DNA from: Thermoproteota archaeon
GTDB lineage: Archaea; Asgardarchaeota; Jordiarchaeia; Jordiarchaeales; Freyrarchaeaceae
Assembly: GCA_029258835.1 (NCBI GenBank)
Contig: JAPDJY010000023.1
Location: forward strand, 1 to 64,000
Length of the DNA stretch: 64,000 nucleotides
Reading direction: 5' to 3'
The first letter of the stretch is position 1. Every line of letters begins with the position of its first letter. Positions 27,636-37,721 of the stretch are shown here, piece by piece. The position numbers and the translations under genes are program-made. A model generated the notes under the pieces. It did not search any database and was not told the origin of the DNA. It worked only from the letters and a program-made list of their open reading frames with translations.

Positions 27636-28721
27636 GTGAACATTACGCGCCTTAAGGTTGAGATTTTGTGCCGTGGCTTGAGGGTTGAGGACGGGCTTAA
27701 CGGGGGTAGAAGAACTGGGGCTGGGCCAGCTGGCGGGAGGCACCTGGTTCTGGATGGCGGAGCAGTTGTGAACGCTCCTGTTTGGCCGTCCTTTGCTAGG
27801 ACGTCGAGGCTTTCCCTGAGGAGGGTGGAGGATAGGTGGTTCGTGTTTGAGGGGGACAGGAGGGTGGTTGAGGTTGAACCTGTCCCTGTTCCGAGGTTTT
27901 ACCATCGTGTCACCTCGACTAGGGTTCCGATGTGGAAGATAGCCCTCCTCCACGGGAGGGACTGTGTTGCCACGACTCTGCTTCAGACCTGTGTGAGGTG
28001 GGCTTCCGGGCTGCGGTGTAAGTTTTGCGGGATAGAGCTTTCCCTTAGGGGCGGCTTGACCGTTGCCCGTAAGACGGCGAGGGAGCTGGTGGAGGTTGTC
28101 GGCGCCGCGCTTGAGGAGGGGGTTTGCAGGCATGTTACGATAACCACCGGCACCCCGGCGTCCCCTGACAGGGGGGCCAGCCTTCTGACGGAGGCTGCCA
28201 AGGCGTTAAAGGAGAGCTATGACGTTCCCGTCCACGTTCAGCTTGAGCCTCCTAGGGGTGAGGGAGTGTTTGGGATGCTCGCCGACGCAGGGGTTGACAC
28301 TGTGGGGGTCCACATTGAGACGTTTGACGAGGAGGTTAGGAGGAGGGTTTGCCCGGGTAAGGCTGAGGTTCCCCAAGAGGAGTACTTTAGGGCTTGGCGC
28401 GAGGCGGTGGACGCTTTCGGTGAGGGGCAGGTTAGCACCTACGTCATCGCCGGGTTAGGGGAGGGGGATGGGAGCATCTTGTGGGGGGCGGAGGAGGCTG
28501 CCCGCATGGGGGTTGTGCCGTTCCTCGTCCCCTTGATTCCGATTCGGGGCACGGACATGGAGGGGTTGAAGCCTCCATCCCCGGAGCGGATGTTCAGGCT
28601 GTATGGGAGCTTGAGGAGGATCCTCCTCGACTTCGGGGTTAACCCGTTGGTTAATAAGGCTGGCTGCGTCAGGTGCTCTTCGTGCTCGGCGCTTAGGGAG
28701 GCGATGATCTGGGGGGTTTAA
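27636..28721 (+). CDS. Radical SAM protein, MSMEG_0568-like
   Basis: ATTLLQTCVRW....RCKFCGIELS (extended CxnCxxC), TITTGTP and KAGCVRCSSCSAL motifs. Confidence 0.85.
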   Translation: MNITRLKVEILCRGLRVEDGLNGGRRTGAGPAGGRHLVLDGGAVVNAPVWPSFARTSRLSLRRVEDRWFVFEGDRRVVEVEPVPVPRFYHRVTSTRVPMWKIALLHGRDCVATTLLQTCVRWASGLRCKFCGIELSLRGGLTVARKTARELVEVVGAALEEGVCRHVTITTGTPASPDRGASLLTEAAKALKESYDVPVHVQLEPPRGEGVFGMLADAGVDTVGVHIETFDEEVRRRVCPGKAEVPQEEYFRAWREAVDAFGEGQVSTYVIAGLGEGDGSILWGAEEAARMGVVPFLVPLIPIRGTDMEGLKPPSPERMFRLYGSLRRILLDFGVNPLVNKAGCVRCSSCSALREAMIWGV

Positions 28722-30056
28722 ATGTCTCTTGACTCGTTTTTTAACCCTAGAAGTGTCGTGGTTGTGGGTGGCTCCTCCACCCCGGGGAAGTTCGGCTACC
28801 AGATTGTTAAGAACATTGTCACGTTAGGGTTTGAGGGGAGGTTGTACGTTGTTAATTCGAGGGCTGAGAGGGTCTTTGGTGTTCCAGCTGTGCCCAGAGT
28901 TGACGCGCTGGGCGAGGTTCCGGAGCTCGGGGTGGTTGTCCTCCCTCCCGACGCTGCCGTTGACGCCTTCGCCGAGCTAGCCGAGTTCGGGGTTAGAAGC
29001 GTTATTATGGCGTCTTCCGGATTCTCGGAGAGGGGGGAGGAGGGGGCGAGGCGGGAGGAGGCCATCCTGAGGGGGGCGAGGAGGTGGAGGGTTCGGGTGG
29101 TTGGGCCGAACAGTATAGGGCTCGTGAACTTCTCCAGGCGCTTCGCCCCGATGCTCACCCCTGTTAGGCGGTTTGAGGCTGGCGCTGCGAGCTACGTGGG
29201 GCATAGTGGGGGGCTGACCTGTAGCTTAGGGTGGTGGCAGCCGGAGGGGTTAGGGTTCAGCAAGCTAGTCCACGTTGGGAATGCTTGCGATGTTGGGGAG
29301 AAGGACGTCCTGGAGTATCTTGCCATGGACGGGGAGACAAGGGTGATACTCTGTTACTTCTGCAGGTTGACGGAGGAGGTTCTGGAGGGGGTTAGAGAGG
29401 CTGCCAGCGTTAAGCCTGTGGTTGCTTACTGTAGGGGTGAGGCTGAGAAGCTGAGGGATTCCGGCGCCATATGCGTTTCAGAGTATGGTGAAATGTTTGA
29501 TGCTGCGAGGGTGCTGCTGAGCGGTGTTCCAAGAGGGAACAGGGCGGCCGTTATCGGCCCCTCCTCTGGGGCGATCTCCCTTGCAACAGCGTGCTTTGAG
29601 GAGAACGGATTGGCACTAGCCCGTCTCTCGGAGGAAACCGAGAAGGTGATTAGGGAGAAGGTTTTAAGCCCGTTCAGCCCGAGCATCAACCCTGTGGACT
29701 ATTGGCCTCCATCCAGGCTAGACGGGGTCGAAGTGGGGGAGAAGCATAGAGTTGCCGTCAACGCACTCGTCAACGACGGCGGAGTCGACCTGGTCTTCTT
29801 GATTCTAGAGCTCATGGAGGAAATATCATTTGACGTGGAGGAGGCCTTCCGGGAGGCTGCCGGAGGGAACAAGTTGCTCGTAGCCGTCCTTTTCCAGGTC
29901 GAGGAGGGGGTTTCCGAGAAGCTGCGGAAGGGGTTAGTTAAGCTTAATATACCTTACTTCTGGGATGTGGAGAGAGCCGTCAGGGTTGTCGGAGAAGTGC
30001 TTAAATGGGCTCAGCGCCGCTCCTGCAACCTTCAAGCCAGCATCACAGCCAGGTGA
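28722..30056 (+). CDS. Acyl-CoA synthetase (NDP-forming) alpha-like CoA-binding protein
   Basis: FFNPRSVVVVGGS..PGKFG, RVVGPNSIG, HSGG, GN.CDV and NPVD motifs. Confidence 0.85.
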   Translation: MSLDSFFNPRSVVVVGGSSTPGKFGYQIVKNIVTLGFEGRLYVVNSRAERVFGVPAVPRVDALGEVPELGVVVLPPDAAVDAFAELAEFGVRSVIMASSGFSERGEEGARREEAILRGARRWRVRVVGPNSIGLVNFSRRFAPMLTPVRRFEAGAASYVGHSGGLTCSLGWWQPEGLGFSKLVHVGNACDVGEKDVLEYLAMDGETRVILCYFCRLTEEVLEGVREAASVKPVVAYCRGEAEKLRDSGAICVSEYGEMFDAARVLLSGVPRGNRAAVIGPSSGAISLATACFEENGLALARLSEETEKVIREKVLSPFSPSINPVDYWPPSRLDGVEVGEKHRVAVNALVNDGGVDLVFLILELMEEISFDVEEAFREAAGGNKLLVAVLFQVEEGVSEKLRKGLVKLNIPYFWDVERAVRVVGEVLKWAQRRSCNLQASITAR

Positions 30057-30169
30057 GCTTCAGCCCCTACGTCTGCCCGCCTCCAAAGGAAGGGGAAACT
30101 GCTAGATGGAGTGTGGATGCAGCGTTTTCAAGCTTCTCTGCTTCAGGCTTCTCTTATTGCACCCTTACT

Positions 30170-30471
30170 CGCTGAGCTCACGTGCCTTGAGTAGGCGGAG
30201 AGTAAGCCCCTCTCGACCTTTTGTTCGGGGTTTCCAGCTTTTTGGCCTGCGCGTGATCTCGTCGGCGTCCAGTCCTATGTTCAATATTCGCTCGGGGTTG
30301 AGGGGCGTCCGCTATCACGACGATCAAGCCGCCTCTACCTATTTGCCAGTGGGAAAAGTTTATCAACGGGTCAACCATCCACGCGGAGGTGATGCTTGGC
30401 GGCGACTTGGCGGCGACTTGGCGGCGACAAGCGCCCTTAAACCACAGTACGTTGCTCCCGCAGCAGCCCAT
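30170..30471 (-). pseudogene. Remnant resembling indolepyruvate:ferredoxin oxidoreductase alpha (IorA)
   Basis: WMVDPLINFS...GRGGLIVVIADAP and, in another frame, KARELSE. Confidence 0.45.
30395..30427. repeat. 3x 11-bp tandem repeat CTTGGCGGCGA
   Basis: Direct reading of the sequence. Confidence 0.9.
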
Positions 30472-30655
30472 ACAGCCACCATCTCATTCGTCGATCATTG
30501 AGCGTGAATGCCTCCAAGCTTTCCTGTTAATGTAGCGTCTTGCTAATCATGTTCTTTCGAGTTGGCCGTGAGTGGCTGGCGTTAAGTGGTGAAAGGTTAT
30601 TACTCACAAAATTTAAAATGTTAAATTGGAGATTACTCAACTGTAAAGGGGAACG

Positions 30656-31438
30656 GTGAGCTGGTTGCCTGTCAAGATCCTTGACGTTTGCATCTTCCAC
30701 AGGGATGGGGTGTGCTTGGTTCATGTTCCAGCCGGGGGAGGGGAGCAGGTGGTTGATCCAAACCTCATCTCCGGCTTTCTAAGTGCTGTCTCAAAGTTCG
30801 GGGAGGAGGTGGAGGAGGCGAAAGTTAGAAAAATAGACTTTGAGGGTAAGACAATAATCTACGAACACGTTGGAGATATCATTTTTGCTGTTAGGATATC
30901 CGGAGGAGGGGAGGGGGAGGCCAGCAGGTTCCTCGACGATGTCAGTTCGAAATTGGAGGGGGACGTCAGGGAGAGGCTTAAGGCTTGGAATGGTGATGCC
31001 TCGGTGTTTGAACCCTTAAAGATAAAGATACTTGAAATGTTGTCGGAGTTCGAGAAGAAGGGAGGAGTTGATATGGCGGAAAAGTTTAGGAAGATAGGTG
31101 ATAAGCTGGGTGAGCTGAGGGATATTCCCGGGATAAAGGCGGCGGCCCTCGTGAGTAACAGGGGGTTTCTGATAGCGTCAACGCTCCCGCCAGGATTCGA
31201 CGAGAAGGTTGTCGCGGCGGTACCTCCTTCAATACTGAGGATGGGGGCTGAAGGCTTGAAGGAGATGAGGCTCGGAAGGCCAAGAAACATTTTCATAGAA
31301 GGGGAGAGGGGAGTCATGGTTTTAGCCGACGTCGGGGGGAGAGCCGTCCTCATGGTCGTAGCAACGTCTGACGCAAACCTGGGCTACATATTCTTAGAGA
31401 TGGAGAACACGTCTAAGGAGCTTGAAAAAATTCTCTGA
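30656..31438 (+). CDS. Longin-like domain fused to a roadblock/LC7 domain
   Basis: N-terminal IFHRDGVCL...DPNLISGFLSAVSKFGEE; C-terminal IPGIKAAALVSNRGFLIAS...ANLGYIFLEM. Confidence 0.8.
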   Translation: MSWLPVKILDVCIFHRDGVCLVHVPAGGGEQVVDPNLISGFLSAVSKFGEEVEEAKVRKIDFEGKTIIYEHVGDIIFAVRISGGGEGEASRFLDDVSSKLEGDVRERLKAWNGDASVFEPLKIKILEMLSEFEKKGGVDMAEKFRKIGDKLGELRDIPGIKAAALVSNRGFLIASTLPPGFDEKVVAAVPPSILRMGAEGLKEMRLGRPRNIFIEGERGVMVLADVGGRAVLMVVATSDANLGYIFLEMENTSKELEKIL

Positions 31439-31443
31439 GAGGG

Positions 31444-32004
31444 GTGATGATGGGGCTGAATGAAAAAGCACTTAAGGAAATGATCAGGTTAAATCTGGAT
31501 TCTGGAAGCCTCTATTTCAAGAGCGTGCGTGTCTGGCTTACCAGGCCTGAAATGATAGCGTTCATACATAAGTGGATAAGGAGGATAGCTGGGGAAGCAC
31601 TTTTAGAGGCGATCTACGAGGCAGGGAAGGAGTGCGGGAGGAAGGACTTCACCATCCTGGAGGAGATAATGGGGACACCCAGAGACGTTAAAGAGATGAT
31701 GAAGGATGTTTCACCCTTCTACACTATAATGGGATGGGGGAAGATGAGCGTGGAGAAAGTAGAGGAGGGGGAAGTAACGTTTTACGTAGAGAACTCCCCC
31801 ATAGCAGAGAACCTTAAAGGGTCGGAGGAGCCCGTGTGCATGTACCTTAGCGGTTACGGTGCGGGACTCCTATCACAGGCGACAGGCGAGGAGTGGAATG
31901 GCGTCGAAGTAGAGTGCGCGGCGACTGGGAAGTATCCTAGGTGCAAGTTCCTCCTCAGCAGGAAGAACAGGAAGGACCTAATACTAGAGGTCTACGGAAC
32001 CTAA
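31444..32004 (+). CDS. V4R-domain protein
   Basis: MGWG, NSPIA, PVC...GY.AG and EVECAATG..RCKF motifs. Confidence 0.85.
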   Translation: MMMGLNEKALKEMIRLNLDSGSLYFKSVRVWLTRPEMIAFIHKWIRRIAGEALLEAIYEAGKECGRKDFTILEEIMGTPRDVKEMMKDVSPFYTIMGWGKMSVEKVEEGEVTFYVENSPIAENLKGSEEPVCMYLSGYGAGLLSQATGEEWNGVEVECAATGKYPRCKFLLSRKNRKDLILEVYGT

Positions 32005-32158
32005 ACGGATGAAGGGGCTGAAAGTGGCTAGCATGGCACGGCCCCGCCTCCACGGTCAAACCTGCATGGTAACGCTGCTCCGATGAGGTCGGTGGAGGGT
32101 GGGAAGCCTCAGCGGAGCTGGAGTGGTTAAACGGGTTCCTGGCGGTTTCTGGAGGGGA

Positions 32159-32962
32159 TTAGTGGGATTTTAAGAGGCCCCTCTTAAGGGCGAGGACGTG
32201 GACCATGATGGAGAATATCGGTGTTAATGCTAGGATGACGGGGTCATTGTAGTATTTTTCTCTTCTCCTCAATAGTTTTTGAGCGTAGCCGCGTAGTCTC
32301 CCTTTAAGGGCTTCCGGAAGTTTCTTAATGGAGATCCTTCTCGAGTAGTTGTAGTAGTAGGATGCCATGATGCTCCACTTCCCGGCTTCCAGCGCGTACT
32401 TGGCGGCTTCCCCGGTTAGAGGAGATATAAGGAGGGCTGAAAGGGAGAGGAGGAGGTTCATTAAGAGGCTTTTAATCAGCTGGATGGGTGTTGGCCTGGG
32501 ATGTGGGGGGAGGGGGAGGGAGCCGTAAACCACCTTAGCCCCGTCTAGGACGCTTCCAAGGACAAGCTTGGAGGGGGCGAGGAGGAGGGACATTGCTTTG
32601 CTTAGGGAGAAGATGGATGCGAAGTCACCCGACAGGAATGATTCCTCACTGCAGACGAAAAAGGACTGGAACATGCCTGTTCTGCTCTCAACGCTTCTCA
32701 GAATGGCGTCGAGGATGGTTCCTCCCTTCCGGGAAGGTTCGAGGGATTTCAGGGCTTGGGCCACCCTCCTCACGTCCGCGGGCTTCACGTTTCTCAAAAC
32801 GATGAGTGTGTCAACGTCGCTGACCGACGTTAAGCAGCCATCCAGCATGCTGCCGAAGACGAGGATCAAGGAGACTTTCTCCACCCCTACAACCTTGGAG
32901 AGGAGTGAAAGAGTCGAGGATACGTGTCGCCTTATGAGGTAGGGTTCAGGGACGTCTTCCAA
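32159..32962 (-). CDS. Nucleotidyltransferase-domain protein
   Basis: LVFGS......SDVDTLIV (GS-x-DxD motif). Confidence 0.75.
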   Translation of the reverse strand: MEDVPEPYLIRRHVSSTLSLLSKVVGVEKVSLILVFGSMLDGCLTSVSDVDTLIVLRNVKPADVRRVAQALKSLEPSRKGGTILDAILRSVESRTGMFQSFFVCSEESFLSGDFASIFSLSKAMSLLLAPSKLVLGSVLDGAKVVYGSLPLPPHPRPTPIQLIKSLLMNLLLSLSALLISPLTGEAAKYALEAGKWSIMASYYYNYSRRISIKKLPEALKGRLRGYAQKLLRRREKYYNDPVILALTPIFSIMVHVLALKRGLLKSH

Positions 32963-33482
32963 CCATCATGACCTCCAGTATTTTAGATGCGAAGCTTTCC
33001 AGTATGGGGGACATGCCGATCAGGTCTAGGGCGGCGTCCAGCTTGTCGGCAAGCCATACGACCACCGCTTCGATGGTTCTCGGCGGGCTGCCTATAGGGA
33101 ACATGTGGGATTCTATCGCTGACACGACGCCGGCGCTTTCACCCATCTTTCTAGCTAGGGCGGCTCCCCTCCCTGCATGGAGGACAACTTGCTTTAGAGG
33201 GTTTTTTGCTTCTCTGACGTCGTAGCCTACATCGTGCAACAGCCCTGCCCTCGCACAGACCACGGGGTCACACCTGAAAAGCTTGGATAGGACGAAGCTT
33301 AAGTATCCGACCCTAACCGAGTGGGCAAAGCGGCCGGAGCCTTCTAATTTAGCGTGCTCTGTGGGTGAGTGAGCGGGGTAGGAAGATAAATGGTCTAGAA
33401 CGTTATGGTCGAAGATGTCCTTCACAGCACTCCAGAAGGATTCCATGCTTCTCCTAGAGCGGTTAAGCAACGACACCACCAA
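32946..33482 (-). CDS. HD-domain protein
   Basis: HSVRV, AGLLHD, H..RGA, IESHMFP and LADK motifs. Confidence 0.88.
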   Translation of the reverse strand: MVVSLLNRSRRSMESFWSAVKDIFDHNVLDHLSSYPAHSPTEHAKLEGSGRFAHSVRVGYLSFVLSKLFRCDPVVCARAGLLHDVGYDVREAKNPLKQVVLHAGRGAALARKMGESAGVVSAIESHMFPIGSPPRTIEAVVVWLADKLDAALDLIGMSPILESFASKILEVMMVGRRP

Positions 33483-33518
33483 CCGAACGCTTATCCGAGA
33501 GGGGGAAAAAGAAGGGTG

Positions 33519-35411
33519 TTAGTAGGGCCACCGGAAGGGGCCCCCTTCGAACGGTGGAGGCACTGCTGGCTCTGGCGCTGGTGCCAGTCCTTCCTCTGGA
33601 GGCTTCCTCCTCCTGACGTATATCACGGCAGCGACTGCTATGGCTACTATTCCGCCGATCAGCACGGCTCCTACAATGATAGCGAAGGTCGCGTAGAAGG
33701 ATTCCGCCTCCTGGCTCAGCATGAAGAGCAGCAGGTATAATGTTGAACCTACACCTTGGATGGCTGCTGAGGCAAGTACGTCGCCGTCGCTGTTAACCAG
33801 CTTTATCGAGCCCGAGAAGTAGGGAGTCATGTAGGATGAGGGGATGTACAACGTTACCGACACGAACTTCTGCGTGTTGTTCAGGTCGAACGGCCCAGAC
33901 GTGGAGAGCGTTGTGATGCTTGATATGCCCCCATCAACTTCAACCCTAACGCTGCTGAGGTAGCTGGTTCTGGATAAGCCACCTATCAGGGTGAAGTTGA
34001 CGACTATGGACAGCTGCGAGTTGAAGCTTGTAAGCTCCAAGTTCTTCGGCGATATGGCTACGGGAACCTTGCCGCTGGCGAGCAGGTCATATGCTGCTGA
34101 AGCGTTAACCAGCCCGTTTCCCTGGGCGTAAGGGCTCTCGCTTAGGTCTACAGCAGTGGACATTAGGGCTGCCTTGATGGTCACCGGCGTCAGGCTAGAG
34201 TTGTAGCTTAAGAGCAAGGCTGCAACTCCCGATACGTGGGGTGTCGCCTGGCTGGTTCCACTCATCGAAACATACCCGCTGCTGTCACTGTAATCTAGGG
34301 AGACTATGTTCACGCCGGGGGCTACAAGGTCCACGCCAGCCCTATAGTCGGCTGTCGGGCCACGGCTAGAGAAGCTTGCAACGTCATTGTTGGAGTCCAC
34401 CGCGCCAACGCATATCGCCAGGGCTGCCTCCCCGGGAGCGTTAACCGTTCCACCGTCAGGCCCCTCGTTTCCTGCTGCAGCCACCACGACGACGCCGTTA
34501 AGCATGGCGTTGTTGGCTGCTTGACACACCGGGTCGTTTGGATTATCTATTTCCGCCCCGGCTGATATGGAAATCACGTTGGCTCCCTGCGCTACTGCCC
34601 GCTGTATTCCGCTCACCAAGTCCGAGAGGTCTCCTTCACCGTTCTTGTCGAGAACTTTTATGTTAAGGAGCAGGACCCCTGGCGCCACGCCTGTATAGCT
34701 TGGCCCGTAGCCTCCTATGATCCCTGCAACGTGCGTTCCGTGGCCATTGTAGTCTTTAGCGTCCTCGCCTGAGACGAAGCTGTAGGAGTATATTATCCTG
34801 CTTGCGGGCAGGGCTTCATGGGTGTTTATCCCCGTGTCGAGCACTGCAACCTTGACCCCCGTGCCGTTTATGCCTAGATTATGGAGTCTGGTTGCACCTA
34901 TCTGGTCCAGGTTGGCTGAGTACTGTGCCGTGGCAAAACCCGAGGCGGCCGGCACAGCTATGCTGTGAACTCTAACCTTATAATTGTAGGTTACCGATTT
35001 CACGTAGCTTTGGGATGCTATGTTGGTTGCCATTCCCAGTGGCGCCTTGACGAGGGCGCCGCTTACTATGGTGTATGTTCTGAGGATGGTTACGTTTCCA
35101 AGCGACTTGAGGAGTTCCGCCCCGGAGGACGAGGAGACGCCGCGGAAGAGGACGAACATTTCTGCCTCACTATTTAAATCTCCTTTAGCCATCATAGATT
35201 TAATCCTTGAATCTACCTTTGACAGCGTGGTGTCGGATGGGTTTTTCGTGGACGGGGTGGGCAGCACGATCACAGGCGCAGTTGAGGGCGCATGGAAGAT
35301 GGCCGTCAACGTTATCGGGGTTGACGCGAGGACCACCACTAAAACCAGTACGACTAACTTCTTGTTTAAATGCCTCAAAAGGTGAAATCCTCCCTTTTCC
35401 TGCTTCCACAC
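33519..35411 (-). CDS. Membrane-anchored S8 (subtilisin-like) serine protease
   Basis: Intact triad VLDTG / HGTHVAG / SGTSQATPH; signal peptide; C-terminal TM followed by RRRK. Confidence 0.93.
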   Translation of the reverse strand: MWKQEKGGFHLLRHLNKKLVVLVLVVVLASTPITLTAIFHAPSTAPVIVLPTPSTKNPSDTTLSKVDSRIKSMMAKGDLNSEAEMFVLFRGVSSSSGAELLKSLGNVTILRTYTIVSGALVKAPLGMATNIASQSYVKSVTYNYKVRVHSIAVPAASGFATAQYSANLDQIGATRLHNLGINGTGVKVAVLDTGINTHEALPASRIIYSYSFVSGEDAKDYNGHGTHVAGIIGGYGPSYTGVAPGVLLLNIKVLDKNGEGDLSDLVSGIQRAVAQGANVISISAGAEIDNPNDPVCQAANNAMLNGVVVVAAAGNEGPDGGTVNAPGEAALAICVGAVDSNNDVASFSSRGPTADYRAGVDLVAPGVNIVSLDYSDSSGYVSMSGTSQATPHVSGVAALLLSYNSSLTPVTIKAALMSTAVDLSESPYAQGNGLVNASAAYDLLASGKVPVAISPKNLELTSFNSQLSIVVNFTLIGGLSRTSYLSSVRVEVDGGISSITTLSTSGPFDLNNTQKFVSVTLYIPSSYMTPYFSGSIKLVNSDGDVLASAAIQGVGSTLYLLLFMLSQEAESFYATFAIIVGAVLIGGIVAIAVAAVIYVRRRKPPEEGLAPAPEPAVPPPFEGGPFRWPY

Positions 35412-35646
35412 TTTGATCTTAAATTTTCATTTTTCAACACATAACAATTTTGGTTCGTGTGTGTTGCTTAAGGGTGGAAGGCACGGCAAAAGCGGAAAGT
35501 GGCTTTTTTAAGCGTGCTCCAGATGTTTGGAATGAGGGGTGAGGATTTTGAGAGAAAAGGTTATTAAGGGTTTTTGTGATCGCCTTTCTAAACAGCGGCT
35601 TTCTGCTTTTGTTAGCGTGCTTTCACGTTGGCAAGGGGGGTTGCTT

Positions 35647-36276
35647 GTGGAGGCTAGTAAGATCGAGACTATTCTCACCCTTAGAGGATATAAAATCGTT
35701 GATTTGAAGGAGACGCCTAAGGACTCGGTGTTTGTGGTTGACGTTGAGAAGGATGGAGTAGGGCAGAGGGTCGTCGTCAAGATCGTTCCGTCCACTAGGG
35801 TTGTTGGGACAGCGATCGTTCGAGAGCTTAAAGAGAACATGAACAGTTTTAATGCGGATAAGGGGCTTCTCATGGGGGGGAAGAGGAGCACCCCAAACGC
35901 TGAGGCGTTGGCGGAGGAAAGCGGCATCGAGCTGCTAGTAGACTACCCACACTTCAACATATTCGACCATGAGCTAGTCCCCAAGCACGAGATCGTGGGT
36001 GAGGAGGAGAGGAGGTGGCTGCTCGAAACGTTCCACGTGAAAGAGTATCAGCTCCCAAAGATAAAGGATACGGACCCGGCGGTCAAGGCTATAGGGGCTA
36101 AGCCAGGGGACATAGTTAAGATAACGAGGAAGAGCCTCACCGCCGGCGAAGTTATATTTTACAGGTACGTTATCAAGGGGAAGTACACTCCCCAGATGGT
36201 GAAGGAGGAGCCTATGTTTACAGAGAGAGAGGAAGAGGAGGGTGAAGAGTTAGAGTGGGAGGAAGAGGAAATTTAG
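35647..36276 (+). CDS. rpoH: RNA polymerase subunit H/Rpo5 with N-terminal restriction-endonuclease-like domain
   Basis: C-terminal FNIFDHELVPKHEI...QLPKIKDTDP...GDIVKITRKSLTAG; ~100-aa N-terminal extension; acidic tail. Confidence 0.9.
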   Translation: MEASKIETILTLRGYKIVDLKETPKDSVFVVDVEKDGVGQRVVVKIVPSTRVVGTAIVRELKENMNSFNADKGLLMGGKRSTPNAEALAEESGIELLVDYPHFNIFDHELVPKHEIVGEEERRWLLETFHVKEYQLPKIKDTDPAVKAIGAKPGDIVKITRKSLTAGEVIFYRYVIKGKYTPQMVKEEPMFTEREEEEGEELEWEEEEI

Positions 36277-36307
36277 GGTTAAGGCTTCTCTCCTTCCAGC
36301 CTCCCGG

Positions 36308-36982
36308 TCAGAGGAGTGCTCTAGCGTACTTTAATGAGAGTTTTATGTGTTCCGACCCGTTCCCCCTTGCAACGTCTAGGTGTCCCGGAAGGAGGTATTC
36401 GACGTCAAGTTTGCTCAGGCGCTCCAAGGATTCCAGTAGCTGCTGCGGGCTCCCCGTGGGGAAGTCCACTCTGCCGAAGGAGCCATGGGTGAAAACCGTG
36501 TCGCCCGAGAACAGTATTTTCCTCTCGCGGTCGTACAGGCATATCGACCCTATGGTGTGACCCGGCGTGTTTAGCACCTCTAGGAGCAGTCTGCCGAAGC
36601 GTATTGTGTCGCCTTCTTTGAGGCGGACGTGAACCTTTGTCGGCGTGAACGGGAAATTGAACATTTCAGCTAGGAGGAGGCCATCCCCACCCTCCTCCAC
36701 GCTGTCTGCTTCCACATGGAACACGAGAACTTCAGGTGAGAACTCGTCTGCAATACGGGCGAGGCCGCCGCTATGGTCCACGTGCACATGCGTCAAGACG
36801 ACCTTTGAGATGTCCTCGGGGTTGAGACCGTCTTTAATGAGCCTCCTCTTGAAGTCATCGTAGAACATTCCAGTTCCAGTATCTATCACCATCAACCTCC
36901 CCTTAGCCGGGTCTAGGACGACGAAAATGTTCGAGTCGAAAAGTTTACCGGGATAATAGTACACGTCTTCCGTCACCTTCAA
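36308..36982 (-). CDS. MBL-fold metallo-hydrolase (glyoxalase II-like)
   Basis: THVHVDHSGG, TPGHT, FSGD and PGH motifs. Confidence 0.9.
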   Translation of the reverse strand: MKVTEDVYYYPGKLFDSNIFVVLDPAKGRLMVIDTGTGMFYDDFKRRLIKDGLNPEDISKVVLTHVHVDHSGGLARIADEFSPEVLVFHVEADSVEEGGDGLLLAEMFNFPFTPTKVHVRLKEGDTIRFGRLLLEVLNTPGHTIGSICLYDRERKILFSGDTVFTHGSFGRVDFPTGSPQQLLESLERLSKLDVEYLLPGHLDVARGNGSEHIKLSLKYARALL

Positions 36983-37181
36983 GAGGCATCATCCTCTCTC
37001 CACCTGAGACGCTATCAACCACCTAAAAATACTTAAAAAGCATTTTGCTCCTTGGGTGTTAAGCGTTATTAAGGTAATTTTAGTTATTATTGGAGTTGAA
37101 TGATGAAGTTTAAGTAAATAAGTAAAAAAAATATATAAGGTGGTTCTTGAGGTTTGTTAATGGTTGTTCGAGTTTTGAGAA

Positions 37182-37721
37182 GTGGGGAAGATGCCGACTT
37201 TAGGTAGGAACGCCAAGAGAGAGGGGGAAGCCGAGAAAGTCGACTTAACCGTGATTAAGGAGGGCATAGAGAGTATTTCGCGTATTCTGTCAAGTTACAT
37301 GGCGGAAGTGGAGAAGCGGCTTGAAACGGTTGAGAAGATGATCGTCGGATTGGAGAGGAGGGTTGACGGGTTCGATATTAGGATAGCTTCCATTGAGAAA
37401 AGCGTAAAGGAGTTGATGGAGGAGGCGAAGCCTGTTATGGTATCATCCGCGCTAGTGGAAGAAATAAGGGGAAGAGTTGCGACGGCGTCTGCTCCAAGCG
37501 AGGCTGGAGGAGAGGAAGACACGCAGACGCACCCTACAGTAGGAAAAGGGACGATGACAGAAGCTACAGGTACCGCTGGGAAGCCGGCTTCAAGGGTGGA
37601 GGAGGAAAAGAGGGAGGAGGAAGAGTGGAGGCTGGCCGATGAGGAAGCAGGCTTCACGACGGTGGTGGAGGAGTTTAAAAAACTGTTAGGAGAAAACGAA
37701 AAGAAGGAGAAAGAGGGTTAA
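37182..37721 (+). CDS. Hypothetical coiled-coil protein
   Basis: Heptad-rich N-terminal half, low-complexity linker; TATA-like ATATATAA upstream. Confidence 0.6.
   Translation: MGKMPTLGRNAKREGEAEKVDLTVIKEGIESISRILSSYMAEVEKRLETVEKMIVGLERRVDGFDIRIASIEKSVKELMEEAKPVMVSSALVEEIRGRVATASAPSEAGGEEDTQTHPTVGKGTMTEATGTAGKPASRVEEEKREEEEWRLADEEAGFTTVVEEFKKLLGENEKKEKEG

Noticed and set aside
30395-30427. CRISPR-like repeat
   Set aside because: Spacer-less 11-bp tandem repeat inside a pseudogene; no CRISPR array or cas gene seen in the window.
32009-32100. SECIS or riboswitch after the V4R gene (AUGA-AGGGGCUG-AAA…CGGCCCC)
   Set aside because: No 3' GA for the core and no in-frame UGA upstream; may be just terminator-region hairpins between convergent genes.
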